A DNA stretch of 64,000 bases from Patescibacteria group bacterium (GTDB lineage: Bacteria > Patescibacteriota > Microgenomatia > 0-14-0-10-38-17). Positions within the stretch are counted from its first letter, which is position 1; every line of letters starts with the position of its first letter. The position numbers and the translations under genes were made by a program. The stretch is taken from the NCBI GenBank assembly GCA_050953885.1, contig JBMNNJ010000001.1:143437-207436 (forward strand). The letters are read 5' to 3'. The notes below the pieces were generated by a model. That model was not told where the DNA came from, made no database searches, and saw only the letters and a list, made by a program, of their open reading frames with translations. Positions 55,861 through 64,000 of the stretch are shown here, one piece after another.

Positions 55861-58797
55861 TTAAAGAGGCTTAATAACAATTTCTTCTCCTTCTTTTAAC
55901 ACCCGGGCGCCGGTTTTTTTCTTAATTTCTTCCTCAAACTCTTTCGGCCAAGAAGGAAGGGTTGCTTCTATCGGCTGACCGGGAGAAAGAGAGGCTTTTT
56001 GGCGAGCAGTTTGCAAAAGTCTGATTAATTCCCTCGCTTCACCTTCTTTTTCCAAAAGAGGAGTCATTCTTGTGTCCAATCTTACCTTTAATTCTTCTCC
56101 GCCCTTTTCTAAAACCACTTTTTTAACATTAAGCTCTTCCTTAATTAAGCGCGAGAGGTTTTCCTCAAGCGACTCAACGCCACCACCCTGAAGATAAACC
56201 GCCGCTAACGGTTGTCTCACTTTTATCCCCGCTTCTTTGCGCAAACGGTGGCCTTGATTACAAACTTCCCGCGCTAAAGCCATTTTTTTCTCCAATTCTT
56301 GATCCAAAAAGCTTTTCTCTTTTTTCGGCCAATTTTCAAGATGCACAGAAAGACCCTCTCCTAAATTCTGATAAACCTCTTCGGCCAAAAATGGTAAAAA
56401 AGGAGCCAAAATTTTGCTCAAAGTCAGTAAAACTTCATAAAGCGTTTCCAAACAGGCTTGGCGGTCTTTTTTGTCTTCGTTAGCTGGCTCAAGGCGAGAG
56501 CGGGAGCGGCGGACATACCAAAGAGAGAGGTCATTTTTAATAAAATCCTGAATTAAGCCGCTGGCCTGATAAGGTTGATAGCAATCTAAGTTGGCGCTTA
56601 CCTTGCCAATAAGATGATGAAGACGAGAAAGAATCCAGCGATCAAGCTCATGCTCGCTTCTTTTACCTTGAGGAGAAAAATCAGCCAAGGTGGCATAGGT
56701 AATAAAAAACCGATAAATATTCCAGAAAAAAAGATGGAATTGACGGCGGGTTTTTTGCGCCAGATGATAGCCAAAATTAAGATTCCTTTGGGGCGGTTGC
56801 TGCAAGTACATCCAACGCATCACGTCTACCCCTATTTTTTCCGCCGCCTCATCAAACCAAATAGCGTTTCCCTTGCTTTTGTGCATTTCCTCACCCTTCT
56901 CATCGCGCACCAGCCCATGGCCCAAAATTGTTTTTGTCGGCGGCGAATCTTCAAGCTCGGTGCTCATCGCAATCAACGAGTAAAACCAATTACGATATTG
57001 CCCGGGAAAACACTCTAAAATTAAGTCCGCCGGATACCATTGCCGCCAGTAGATTTTATCCCCTAAGTAACTTATCTGCCCAGTTTTAGGATCAATTAGT
57101 GTTGAGAAAGAAATAATGCCCGCGTCAAGCCAAGGATTGCCTACATCCGCAATTCTTCCGGCTTTCCCGCCGCAAACAGGGCAAGGGATTTTAACCTTAT
57201 CAATCCAGGGCCGATGGGGAGTATGGCCAGCAAATTCTTCAAAACCTTCGATTGCCTTTTTCTCCAACTCCTCTCGACTACCAATCACTTCAAAATGACC
57301 GCATTTGGGACATTCCCAAATAGGCAAAGCAAGCCCCCAATATCTCTTCTTAGAAATAAGCCAATCGTGCATATTGTTAAGCCAGTCCAATTCGCGCTCC
57401 AAACCAAAGCTGGGAATCCAGGTTATTTTTTTGGCCACCGCCATCATCCGCTGGCGCAAGGTTTTGCCGTCGGCTGGCCGGGGTTTATCCATGGCAATAT
57501 ACCACTCGTTAACCAAACGCCAAACTAATTCCGTTTCGCACCGCCAACAAACCGGATATTGGTGGCGATAGTTTTCGGTGGCAAAAAAATAAAGACCGCC
57601 GTCAATTTCCTTAAGCTTCTCAATAATTATTTGGGGATTTTCTTTAGCGTTTTTGCCGCTTAATTCTCCATATCCTTCAAGATAGCAAGCTTCTTCGTTA
57701 ATCACCGGGAAAATTACTTCACCGTATTGAAGCACTCTCTTTACTAAATGATAGTCTTCGGTGCCCGCGCCGGGAACAAGATGAACCACCCCCGTGCCTT
57801 CCTCTTCAGTAACCAAATCGGGGGCAAAAACAACTTCATGAAAGTGGGGGCTTTTCCCAACTTTTTCCAAAATTGGCAAAAAATCAAAAGGCGCCTGATA
57901 ATGAGTAACTTTTTCTTTCTTGATTAAATCTTTTCCTTTTACCTCCTTCAAAATTTTATATTTTCCTGACGGAAAAATCTTCCCCGCCATTTTTTTCCCT
58001 AACCAATATTTCTTTCCCTCAAAAGACAGCAAAACATAATCAAAATCAGGGTTAATCGCCAAAAGAGTATTGGCAGGAATTGTCCAAGGAGTTGTTGTCC
58101 AAGCAAGAAAAAATTCATCTTTAACCAGCCGGCCTTTCTTAACCACCGGCAGGCGAAAATAAACTGCTTCATGGGTTACTTCTTTATAGCCTTCGGTAAC
58201 GATTTCGTGTTGGGAAATGGCCGTACCGCAACGCGGGCACCAGGGAACCGCATCCTCGCCCTTATAAATAAGGCTGTCTTCATGGCATTTTTTCAAAAAG
58301 TGCCAGATCGTGTAGTTATTTTCCTCGCTCATCGTGTAGTAGGAGTGGTCCCAATCCATAAAATAGCCCAAACGCTTAGATTGCTCGGTTTGGATTTGGG
58401 CAAAATGAAGAGTGTGGTTTTTACAAGCCTCAATAAACTTATCAATGCCGTAGGCCTCAATCTCTTTCTTGGTTTTAAAGCCTAATTTTTTCTCCACCTC
58501 CACTTCTACCCAAAGGCCTTGGTTGTCAAAACCATTTTGAAACCTTTGGGCAAATCCTTGCATATTTTTGTAGCGTTGAAAAAGATCCTTATAAGTTCTT
58601 CCCCAAGCATGATGAATGCCCATGGGGTTATTGGCGGTAATCGGGCCGTCAAAGAAAGAAAAACGCCGCGAAGAGTGCTGGTTTTTCCTTAAATATTTTT
58701 CCAAAACCTTCTTTTCTTCCCAATAGGAAAGCCAATGATGCTCTTGGGCAACAAAATCGGGGTTTGCCTCCACCGGCGAAAATTTTTTCTTCCGCAT
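55861..58797 (-). CDS. ileS: Class I aminoacyl-tRNA synthetase, most likely isoleucine--tRNA ligase (type 2-like)
   Basis: HIGH-type motif PMGIHHAWGRTYKD, KMSKS-type MHKSKGN, and Zn-ribbon cysteines CPRCG/CPKCG. About 979 aa. IleRS versus ValRS was not resolved by eye. Confidence 0.6.
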   Translation of the reverse strand: MRKKKFSPVEANPDFVAQEHHWLSYWEEKKVLEKYLRKNQHSSRRFSFFDGPITANNPMGIHHAWGRTYKDLFQRYKNMQGFAQRFQNGFDNQGLWVEVEVEKKLGFKTKKEIEAYGIDKFIEACKNHTLHFAQIQTEQSKRLGYFMDWDHSYYTMSEENNYTIWHFLKKCHEDSLIYKGEDAVPWCPRCGTAISQHEIVTEGYKEVTHEAVYFRLPVVKKGRLVKDEFFLAWTTTPWTIPANTLLAINPDFDYVLLSFEGKKYWLGKKMAGKIFPSGKYKILKEVKGKDLIKKEKVTHYQAPFDFLPILEKVGKSPHFHEVVFAPDLVTEEEGTGVVHLVPGAGTEDYHLVKRVLQYGEVIFPVINEEACYLEGYGELSGKNAKENPQIIIEKLKEIDGGLYFFATENYRHQYPVCWRCETELVWRLVNEWYIAMDKPRPADGKTLRQRMMAVAKKITWIPSFGLERELDWLNNMHDWLISKKRYWGLALPIWECPKCGHFEVIGSREELEKKAIEGFEEFAGHTPHRPWIDKVKIPCPVCGGKAGRIADVGNPWLDAGIISFSTLIDPKTGQISYLGDKIYWRQWYPADLILECFPGQYRNWFYSLIAMSTELEDSPPTKTILGHGLVRDEKGEEMHKSKGNAIWFDEAAEKIGVDVMRWMYLQQPPQRNLNFGYHLAQKTRRQFHLFFWNIYRFFITYATLADFSPQGKRSEHELDRWILSRLHHLIGKVSANLDCYQPYQASGLIQDFIKNDLSLWYVRRSRSRLEPANEDKKDRQACLETLYEVLLTLSKILAPFLPFLAEEVYQNLGEGLSVHLENWPKKEKSFLDQELEKKMALAREVCNQGHRLRKEAGIKVRQPLAAVYLQGGGVESLEENLSRLIKEELNVKKVVLEKGGEELKVRLDTRMTPLLEKEGEARELIRLLQTARQKASLSPGQPIEATLPSWPKEFEEEIKKKTGARVLKEGEEIVIKPL

Positions 58798-58843
58798 GCT
58801 CTTTATTATAATACAAAAATTTACCAACAAAAAAACTAACTTT

Positions 58844-59706
58844 CCCGAGGTTCCTGCCTAATCAACCCCCGGAGTTGATTAGCTTGCAACCTCGGGGAAA
58901 AACTAATTACTAAATTACCAAGTGTTTTATTATTTCTAACTCTCTCTGATAGCCAGCTTGATCAAAAAGAAATTCTTGGTATGTTTGAAAATCTTTAAAA
59001 TAAGACATCACTGTATCTGTCTGGCAAAACCCCTTTTGCCTGTCTAAATATTGGCCCAATGATGACCAGGGGTAAAAAACCAATTCGTCAAGATCTTTGA
59101 CTATCGCCGCCGAATAAGGATTTAGATGAATATAGCGTGAAAGATGAAGAAGCTGCTCTTCCGTTTCCACTAATACTGCCTTAAAACGCCCCTGGAAAAG
59201 AGGCCCAACGCGCTCGTTTTTTTTATTGAAATACCGCGTGTGACTATTTTCTAAATTAGTCAAAAAATTAAGAATTCCATTGTCTTCTCTTTGCTTTAAA
59301 AGAAAATGAAAATGGTTAGGCATTAAGCAAAAGCAAATAATTTCTACTTGGGTTTTATCTTCTTTTTCCAAAGACATAAGAATCTCTTCTTTCTCTTCTC
59401 TGGGCATTTCAACAAACTTTGAATAACTCCCTGGATAATTATTAAAACGATAATAATTCATTAGCTTAATAAATCTTTCATAGTCTTTTTTACCAGAATT
59501 TAAAAAAATTGGCCTCGAATCAACGCCACGGTTAAAAATATGGTAATAGTGATCATTTACTAAGGGAATCTCTCTTCTGGGCATATATGATTATTTTTTA
59601 TCATTATCACCACTTTATTTCAAGCCATAACGAGTTGTAAAAACGGGATATATCCCGAGGTTCCTGCCTAATCAACCCCCGGAGTTGATTAGCTTGCAAC
59701 CTCGGG
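58844..59706 (-). mobile_element. IS200/IS605-like unit: Y1 HUH transposase gene flanked by two direct copies of a 54-nt imperfect hairpin
   Basis: Identical cccgaggttcctgcctaatcaacccccggagttgattagcttgcaacctcggg at 58844-58897 and 59654-59706 on the same strand. A partial third copy lies at 26431. Confidence 0.7.
58910..59584 (-). CDS. tnpA: IS200/IS605-family TnpA-like / REP-associated tyrosine transposase (RAYT)-like HUH enzyme
   Basis: YHIFNRGVDSRPIF N-terminal motif. MPNHFHFLL (HuH). Catalytic-Tyr motif RYIHLNPYSAAIV (Y..NP). 224 aa. Confidence 0.75.
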   Translation of the reverse strand: MPRREIPLVNDHYYHIFNRGVDSRPIFLNSGKKDYERFIKLMNYYRFNNYPGSYSKFVEMPREEKEEILMSLEKEDKTQVEIICFCLMPNHFHFLLKQREDNGILNFLTNLENSHTRYFNKKNERVGPLFQGRFKAVLVETEEQLLHLSRYIHLNPYSAAIVKDLDELVFYPWSSLGQYLDRQKGFCQTDTVMSYFKDFQTYQEFLFDQAGYQRELEIIKHLVI

Positions 59707-59800
59707 AAAAAGTAAATCCCTCTTTCCCTATTTACCTCTTGACAAGGAGGGTCTTTTTGGTGGAAAATGGATGAAAGTGGTGAAAAGTGGAAAAAGATCT

Positions 59801-60205
59801 ATGTTTTTAGGCACTTACCCGATATCATTTTCAAAAGAAAAAAATCGTCTGGCGCTGCCCGCCAAAATAAGAAATGAATTAAGCGGTCAGGCAGCCGTTT
59901 TAACGCGAGGTTTTGAAGGGTGTATCTTAGGCTACGACAAAAGAGAATGGGAAAAATCAGTCAACCGGGAATTAGAAACGCCAATTACCGAAGAAAGGGG
60001 ACGAGATATCCGCCGTTATCTTTTCTCGGCCGCGGCCATTGTTAAATTTGATCGTCAGGGAAGAATTGTTATCCCCACGATGTTAGCCGACTATGCCCAA
60101 TTAGCAGAAAAATTAGTCGTGGTTGGCGCCGGTGATCACTTTGAAATTTGGGAAGAAAGCCTATGGAAAAAACATCTAAACAAAATAAATCAGGCTTGGA
60201 AATAA
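59801..60205 (+). CDS. mraZ: Transcriptional regulator MraZ
   Basis: MFLGTYPISFSKEKNRLALPAKIR ... RQGRIVIP. Two MraZ half-domains. Confidence 0.85.
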   Translation: MFLGTYPISFSKEKNRLALPAKIRNELSGQAAVLTRGFEGCILGYDKREWEKSVNRELETPITEERGRDIRRYLFSAAAIVKFDRQGRIVIPTMLADYAQLAEKLVVVGAGDHFEIWEESLWKKHLNKINQAWK

Positions 60206-61173
60206 GCAGTTCTGCTGATAGTTTTTTTCATCAACCGGTTTTATTAAAAGAGGTTGAGGAACTTTTAAATATTAAAAAAGGGGAGTGGTATTTGGACGCA
60301 ACCGTAGGCGGTGGCGGCCATGCCAAGACAATTATCGCCAAAGGCGGGCATGTTTTAGGGCTTGACTGGGATAAGGAGGCGATTAAATTTGCGGCCAAAA
60401 CACTGGCTTCTTTTTCCCCTAACGGGGAAGTCTGCCCAACCCCGCCGTTTCTTGGAAACAGCGGGGGAAAGAACCAGAGTAGGCCCGATAAAGACTGGCT
60501 TCTTGTCCAAGAAAGCTTTGTTAACCTTGCGGCCGTGGTTGGCAAGTTTGGCTTAAAAGGAAAACTTGCCGGCATTCTTTTTGATTTAGGGGCAAGTTTT
60601 TATCAGTTAACCGCTCCCCAAAGAGGCTTTTCTTTTAAGAGCCAAAAGCTTGACATGAGGATGAGTCCGAAACAAGGGGTAACCGCGGCTGATTTATTAA
60701 AAGTGCTTTCCGAAAAAGAATTAGCCCAAATTTTTGAAAAATTTTCCCAAGAAGAGCTGGCCCGCCCTATTGCTAAAGCCATTGTTCAGGCGCGGCAAAA
60801 AAAACCTTTAGAAAGCGGCGAAGAATTGGCTGGGCTTATAGAAAGTGTTTATCGCCAAAAAGGCAGGAAACGAGGGAAAATTCATCCCGCCACCAAGGTT
60901 TTTCAGGCCTTGAGGATTGTTGTTAACGACGAGATTAATAATCTTAAAAAAACTCTTCCCCAAGCTTTAGAAGTTCTTAAAGAGGGCGGCCGATTGGTGG
61001 TGATTAGCTTTCACGAAGGGGAAGACCATGAGGTAAAAAATTTTTTCCGCGCTTGGGAAAAAGAAGGAAAAGTAAAAATTTTAACACCAAAACCGGTTTT
61101 ACCAGAAGAAACGGAAAAAAAACTTAATCCCGCTTCCCGAAGCGCTAAACTGCGCGCCATTTTAAAAATTTAA
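60163..61173 (+). CDS. rsmH: 16S rRNA (cytosine1402-N4)-methyltransferase RsmH (MraW)
   Basis: HQPVLLKEV...YLDATVGGGGHA...ISFHEGEDHEVK. Confidence 0.85.
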   Translation: MEKTSKQNKSGLEISSSADSFFHQPVLLKEVEELLNIKKGEWYLDATVGGGGHAKTIIAKGGHVLGLDWDKEAIKFAAKTLASFSPNGEVCPTPPFLGNSGGKNQSRPDKDWLLVQESFVNLAAVVGKFGLKGKLAGILFDLGASFYQLTAPQRGFSFKSQKLDMRMSPKQGVTAADLLKVLSEKELAQIFEKFSQEELARPIAKAIVQARQKKPLESGEELAGLIESVYRQKGRKRGKIHPATKVFQALRIVVNDEINNLKKTLPQALEVLKEGGRLVVISFHEGEDHEVKNFFRAWEKEGKVKILTPKPVLPEETEKKLNPASRSAKLRAILKI

Positions 61174-61178
61174 TTTCC

Positions 61179-61481
61179 ATGAAAGAAACTAAAAATTACA
61201 ACAACCAGCTTTTAATCGCTTTATCAATTGCCGCCGGTCTTTTGGTTTTGGGCCAAGTGGCAATTTTGCTTCTTTTTGGCGGCGGGGGGGTAGAAGCGGC
61301 GATTGTGGCGGATAAAAAAGCCGCCCTCTTAGAAGAAAATGAAAAATTAAAGAAAGAAATTACCCAAAAAACTTCCCTTAAAACACTTCAGGAAAGAGCC
61401 TTCCAACAAGGGTTTTCGACCACCAAACAAGTTGGTTTTTTAGAAACTAACAATACCGTCAATAATAGCAAAGATGAATGA
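61179..61481 (+). CDS. ftsL: FtsL-like small cell-division membrane protein
   Basis: Single TM segment plus coiled coil (LLEENEKLKKEITQK). Position between rsmH and ftsI. Confidence 0.55.
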   Translation: MKETKNYNNQLLIALSIAAGLLVLGQVAILLLFGGGGVEAAIVADKKAALLEENEKLKKEITQKTSLKTLQERAFQQGFSTTKQVGFLETNNTVNNSKDE

Positions 61482-63174
61482 AGCGAGGCGACTAAAATTT
61501 ACTTTTTTGGTTTTTTTTGGAGGTTTTCTCGCCGTCATTCTCCGCCTCGGTTGGTGGCAAATTTACCAAAAAGAGCCTCTCTTGGCCCAAGCGGAGAACC
61601 AGCGTTGGGAAGAAAAAAATGTTCCCGCTAAAAGAGGAGAAATTTTTTTCGCCGACCAGCACCCTCTTGCCTTAAGCTTGCCTTTTTACAACCTCTTCGC
61701 TTTTAAACCCGAATTAAAAGTTGATTTTCACACCCTAGGAGAGAAAATAAGCGCCCTTCTTGAAACCGACGCCCAAAAAAGAGAAAAACTGGAAAACTTA
61801 ATGGTGGAAAAGCTTAACCGAGCACCTCTTTGGATACCCCTTTACGAAAAAATCGAGCCTGATCAAAAAAAAGCCATTGACCAACTTGGGATTAACGGCC
61901 TCCACTTTGAGGAAAAATTCAGCCGTTTTTATCCCGAAGCTTCCCAGGCGGCTCATCTTCTCGGTTTTGTGGGTAAAAATGAAGAAGGAAAAGATCAAGG
62001 TTATTTTGGCTTAGAGGGTTTTTATGAGGAAAAATTAAAAGGCAAGGAAGGAAAAGTTATTCAGGAAAATGACGCCCTAGGCCGGCCAATTATTTTAGGC
62101 AATAATTACGAAATTCCTCCAAAAAATGGCGCTGACCTGATTCTTTTTTTAGATCGCCAACTACAGTGGATAGCCGAACAAAAACTCGAAGAAGGGGTTT
62201 TAAAATATGGCGCCAAAGAGGGACTGGTAATCATTACCAACCCCAAAGAAGGGAGTGTGCTGGCAATGGCGGCTTTCCCCGATTTTGATCCTAATGAATA
62301 CAGCCAAACCGACCCGCTGCTTTTTTTGAATCCGGCGATCTCGGCTACTTTTGAACCCGGCTCAATTTTTAAACCTTTAATCATGGCAATTGCCTTAGAA
62401 AACCAAGTAGTAACGCCGGAAACAATTTGTCCCTGCGAAGGGCCGCTTGAAATTGGCGAGTATCGCATTAGTACTTGGAACAATCAATATTATCCCCAGT
62501 CAACGATGACCGAAATTATCCAGCATTCCGATAATGTCGGCATGGCTTTTGTTGCCCAAAAAGTAGGTTTGGAAAAAACCCTAAGCGGCTTGGAAAAATT
62601 CGGCTTTGGAAAAATAACCGGCATTGACCTGCAAGGAGAAGTGAGCCCTGCTTTGAGAGAAGCAAAATATTGGTCGCCAATTGATTTAGCCACCTTAGGC
62701 TTCGGGCAAGGGATTGCCATTACCCCCATCCAGATGGTGCAGGCCATGGGCGCTATTGCCAATAACGGCAAAATGGTTTCTCCCCGCGTGGTTGCTTCAA
62801 TCGTTGACGGAAAAGAGAAACAAGAAGCAATTCCCAAAAAAGAACAATCGGTAATCAGTTCTCACACTTCCCAAGAAATAACCAAGATGATGGTTAACGC
62901 CGTTGATAACGGCGAGGCAAAATGGGCTAAAATCGAAGGAGCCAAAATCGCGGGGAAAACCGGCACCGCCCAAATCCCTATCAGCGGCCATTATGATCCC
63001 CAAAAAACCGTCGCTTCTTTTATTGGTTTTGCCCCCGCCGATAACCCTGAATTTTTAATGCTGGTCACTCTTAATGAGCCAACCACTTCTCCCTGGGCGG
63101 CAGAAACCGCCGCCCCGCTTTGGTTTGAGATTGCCCGCGAAATTTTTACCGTTAAGGGGATTAATCCGAAATAA
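61474..63174 (+). CDS. ftsI: Penicillin-binding protein (class B transpeptidase, FtsI/PBP2-like)
   Basis: SIFKP (SxxK), HSDNVG (SxN) and GKTGTAQ (KTG) motifs. Confidence 0.9.
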   Translation: MNEARRLKFTFLVFFGGFLAVILRLGWWQIYQKEPLLAQAENQRWEEKNVPAKRGEIFFADQHPLALSLPFYNLFAFKPELKVDFHTLGEKISALLETDAQKREKLENLMVEKLNRAPLWIPLYEKIEPDQKKAIDQLGINGLHFEEKFSRFYPEASQAAHLLGFVGKNEEGKDQGYFGLEGFYEEKLKGKEGKVIQENDALGRPIILGNNYEIPPKNGADLILFLDRQLQWIAEQKLEEGVLKYGAKEGLVIITNPKEGSVLAMAAFPDFDPNEYSQTDPLLFLNPAISATFEPGSIFKPLIMAIALENQVVTPETICPCEGPLEIGEYRISTWNNQYYPQSTMTEIIQHSDNVGMAFVAQKVGLEKTLSGLEKFGFGKITGIDLQGEVSPALREAKYWSPIDLATLGFGQGIAITPIQMVQAMGAIANNGKMVSPRVVASIVDGKEKQEAIPKKEQSVISSHTSQEITKMMVNAVDNGEAKWAKIEGAKIAGKTGTAQIPISGHYDPQKTVASFIGFAPADNPEFLMLVTLNEPTTSPWAAETAAPLWFEIAREIFTVKGINPK

Positions 63175-63491
63175 AGATAAAAATTTTATTGCTTCATTGT
63201 TATATTGTTTCATTGTTAAAGAAGCACACAGAATTAAACAGAATAAATCCCGTTAAATCCTGCGCCAATCATTCGTTTATTCGTGTTTATTCGTTTCCTA
63301 CTCGTGTTTCCGGGCGGACTAAAGTCCGCTATTCCAAAATAAAATGGAGTAGCGCAATTTATTGCGCGCCAATTATTCGCTCATTCGCGTCTATTCGTTT
63401 TAATTCGTGTTAATTTGCGTATTTTTAACAATGTAACAATGAAGCAATGAAACAATATCTTTCTTACCCCCTTGTGCTACAATAAATACTA

Positions 63492-64000
63492 ATGTCTTAT
63501 AAGCCGAAAGCGTTCTTAAGAAAAATTTTCCCCCAAAGGTTGGTTAACCTTTTCTTCCATCTTCCCCAGGCGATTTTTTGGACCTCTTTTTACCGTTTTC
63601 CCGCCAAAAAAATGACCGTCATCGGCGTTACCGGCACCGACGGGAAAACCACCACCGCCACTCTCCTCTGGCATATTCTTAGCAAAGCGGGTAAAAAAGC
63701 GGGCTTGGTTACCACCGTGGAGGCCAAAATCGGCAAAAAAAGCTTCGATACAGGGCTCCACGTTACCACCCCTCAACCAAGGCTTTTGCAAAAATTCTAC
63801 CGCGAGGCGCAAAAGGAGGGTAGCCAATATATGGTTGTTGAGGCCACTTCTCACGGTCTTGACCAATATCGTCTCTGGGGGAGCTATTTTTATGGGGGTA
63901 TCCTTACCAATATTACCGCGGAGCATCTTGATTACCATCAAACTTACGAAAGACTGGTTCAGGCAAAAGCCAAACTTTTTAAAAATGTCCGTTTTGCGGT
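63492..64000 (+). CDS. murE: UDP-N-acetylmuramoyl-tripeptide synthetase MurE (5' partial, continues beyond the window)
   Basis: VIGVTGTDGKTTT P-loop. EATSHGLDQ. The opposite-strand ORF 63516..63941 is spurious. Confidence 0.8.
   Translation, partial: MSYKPKAFLRKIFPQRLVNLFFHLPQAIFWTSFYRFPAKKMTVIGVTGTDGKTTTATLLWHILSKAGKKAGLVTTVEAKIGKKSFDTGLHVTTPQPRLLQKFYREAQKEGSQYMVVEATSHGLDQYRLWGSYFYGGILTNITAEHLDYHQTYERLVQAKAKLFKNVRFA

Noticed and set aside
63516-63941. 141-aa ORF on the minus strand
   Set aside because: It is antisense to a clear MurE N-terminus on the plus strand (P-loop GVTGTDGKTTT), so it is spurious.

Overview
This is a low-GC, streamlined bacterial window. Gene content suggests a CPR/Patescibacteria-like organism: many glycosyltransferases, weak Shine-Dalgarno contexts, an mraZ-rsmH-ftsL-ftsI-murE block. 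That lineage call is inference only.

Layout: positions ~300-51000 hold a very large cell-surface glycan biosynthesis locus: at least 7 GT4 and 8 GT2 genes, 4 GT-C (ArnT/PMT-like) membrane glycosyltransferases, two Wzx-like flippases, an O-antigen-ligase/Wzy-like protein, glf, a ManC-like guanylyltransferase, a polyprenyl-phosphate sugar transferase, an acetyltransferase, a CapK-like ligase and several methyltransferases. Small accessory islets interrupt it: a secreted SNase nuclease with an AbiEi/AbiEii pair and AbiE remnant; a GIY-YIG nuclease; and an MTase-like/acidic-protein/DUF192 trio. A decayed epimerase pseudogene lies here too. Next come recO, glyQS and tRNA-Val(CAC), followed by ~1.2 kb of decayed DNA containing an FkbM-methyltransferase pseudogene. 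The window ends in a housekeeping block: lepB, parB, rpmA, rplU, a SEDS protein, ileS, an IS200/IS605-like Y1 transposase unit, mraZ, rsmH, ftsL, ftsI and murE.

The most unusual signal is an extremely dense, modular family of short hairpin repeats (REP/MITE-like), present at about 15 loci. The hairpins show compensatory stem changes. They insert into each other's loops. They abut or overlap gene ends. They are carried in-frame inside two paralogous GT2 genes, where they add about 75-80 repeat-derived residues. A hairpin-flanked HUH (Y1) transposase gene (58910..59584) elsewhere in the window is a candidate mobiliser. Other points of interest are a tandem-duplicated membrane-protein gene with upstream GTAACT minisatellites of different length, and conserved 5' and 3' intergenic modules that bracket several glycan genes. 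No CRISPR array, reverse transcriptase or prophage structural genes were seen.
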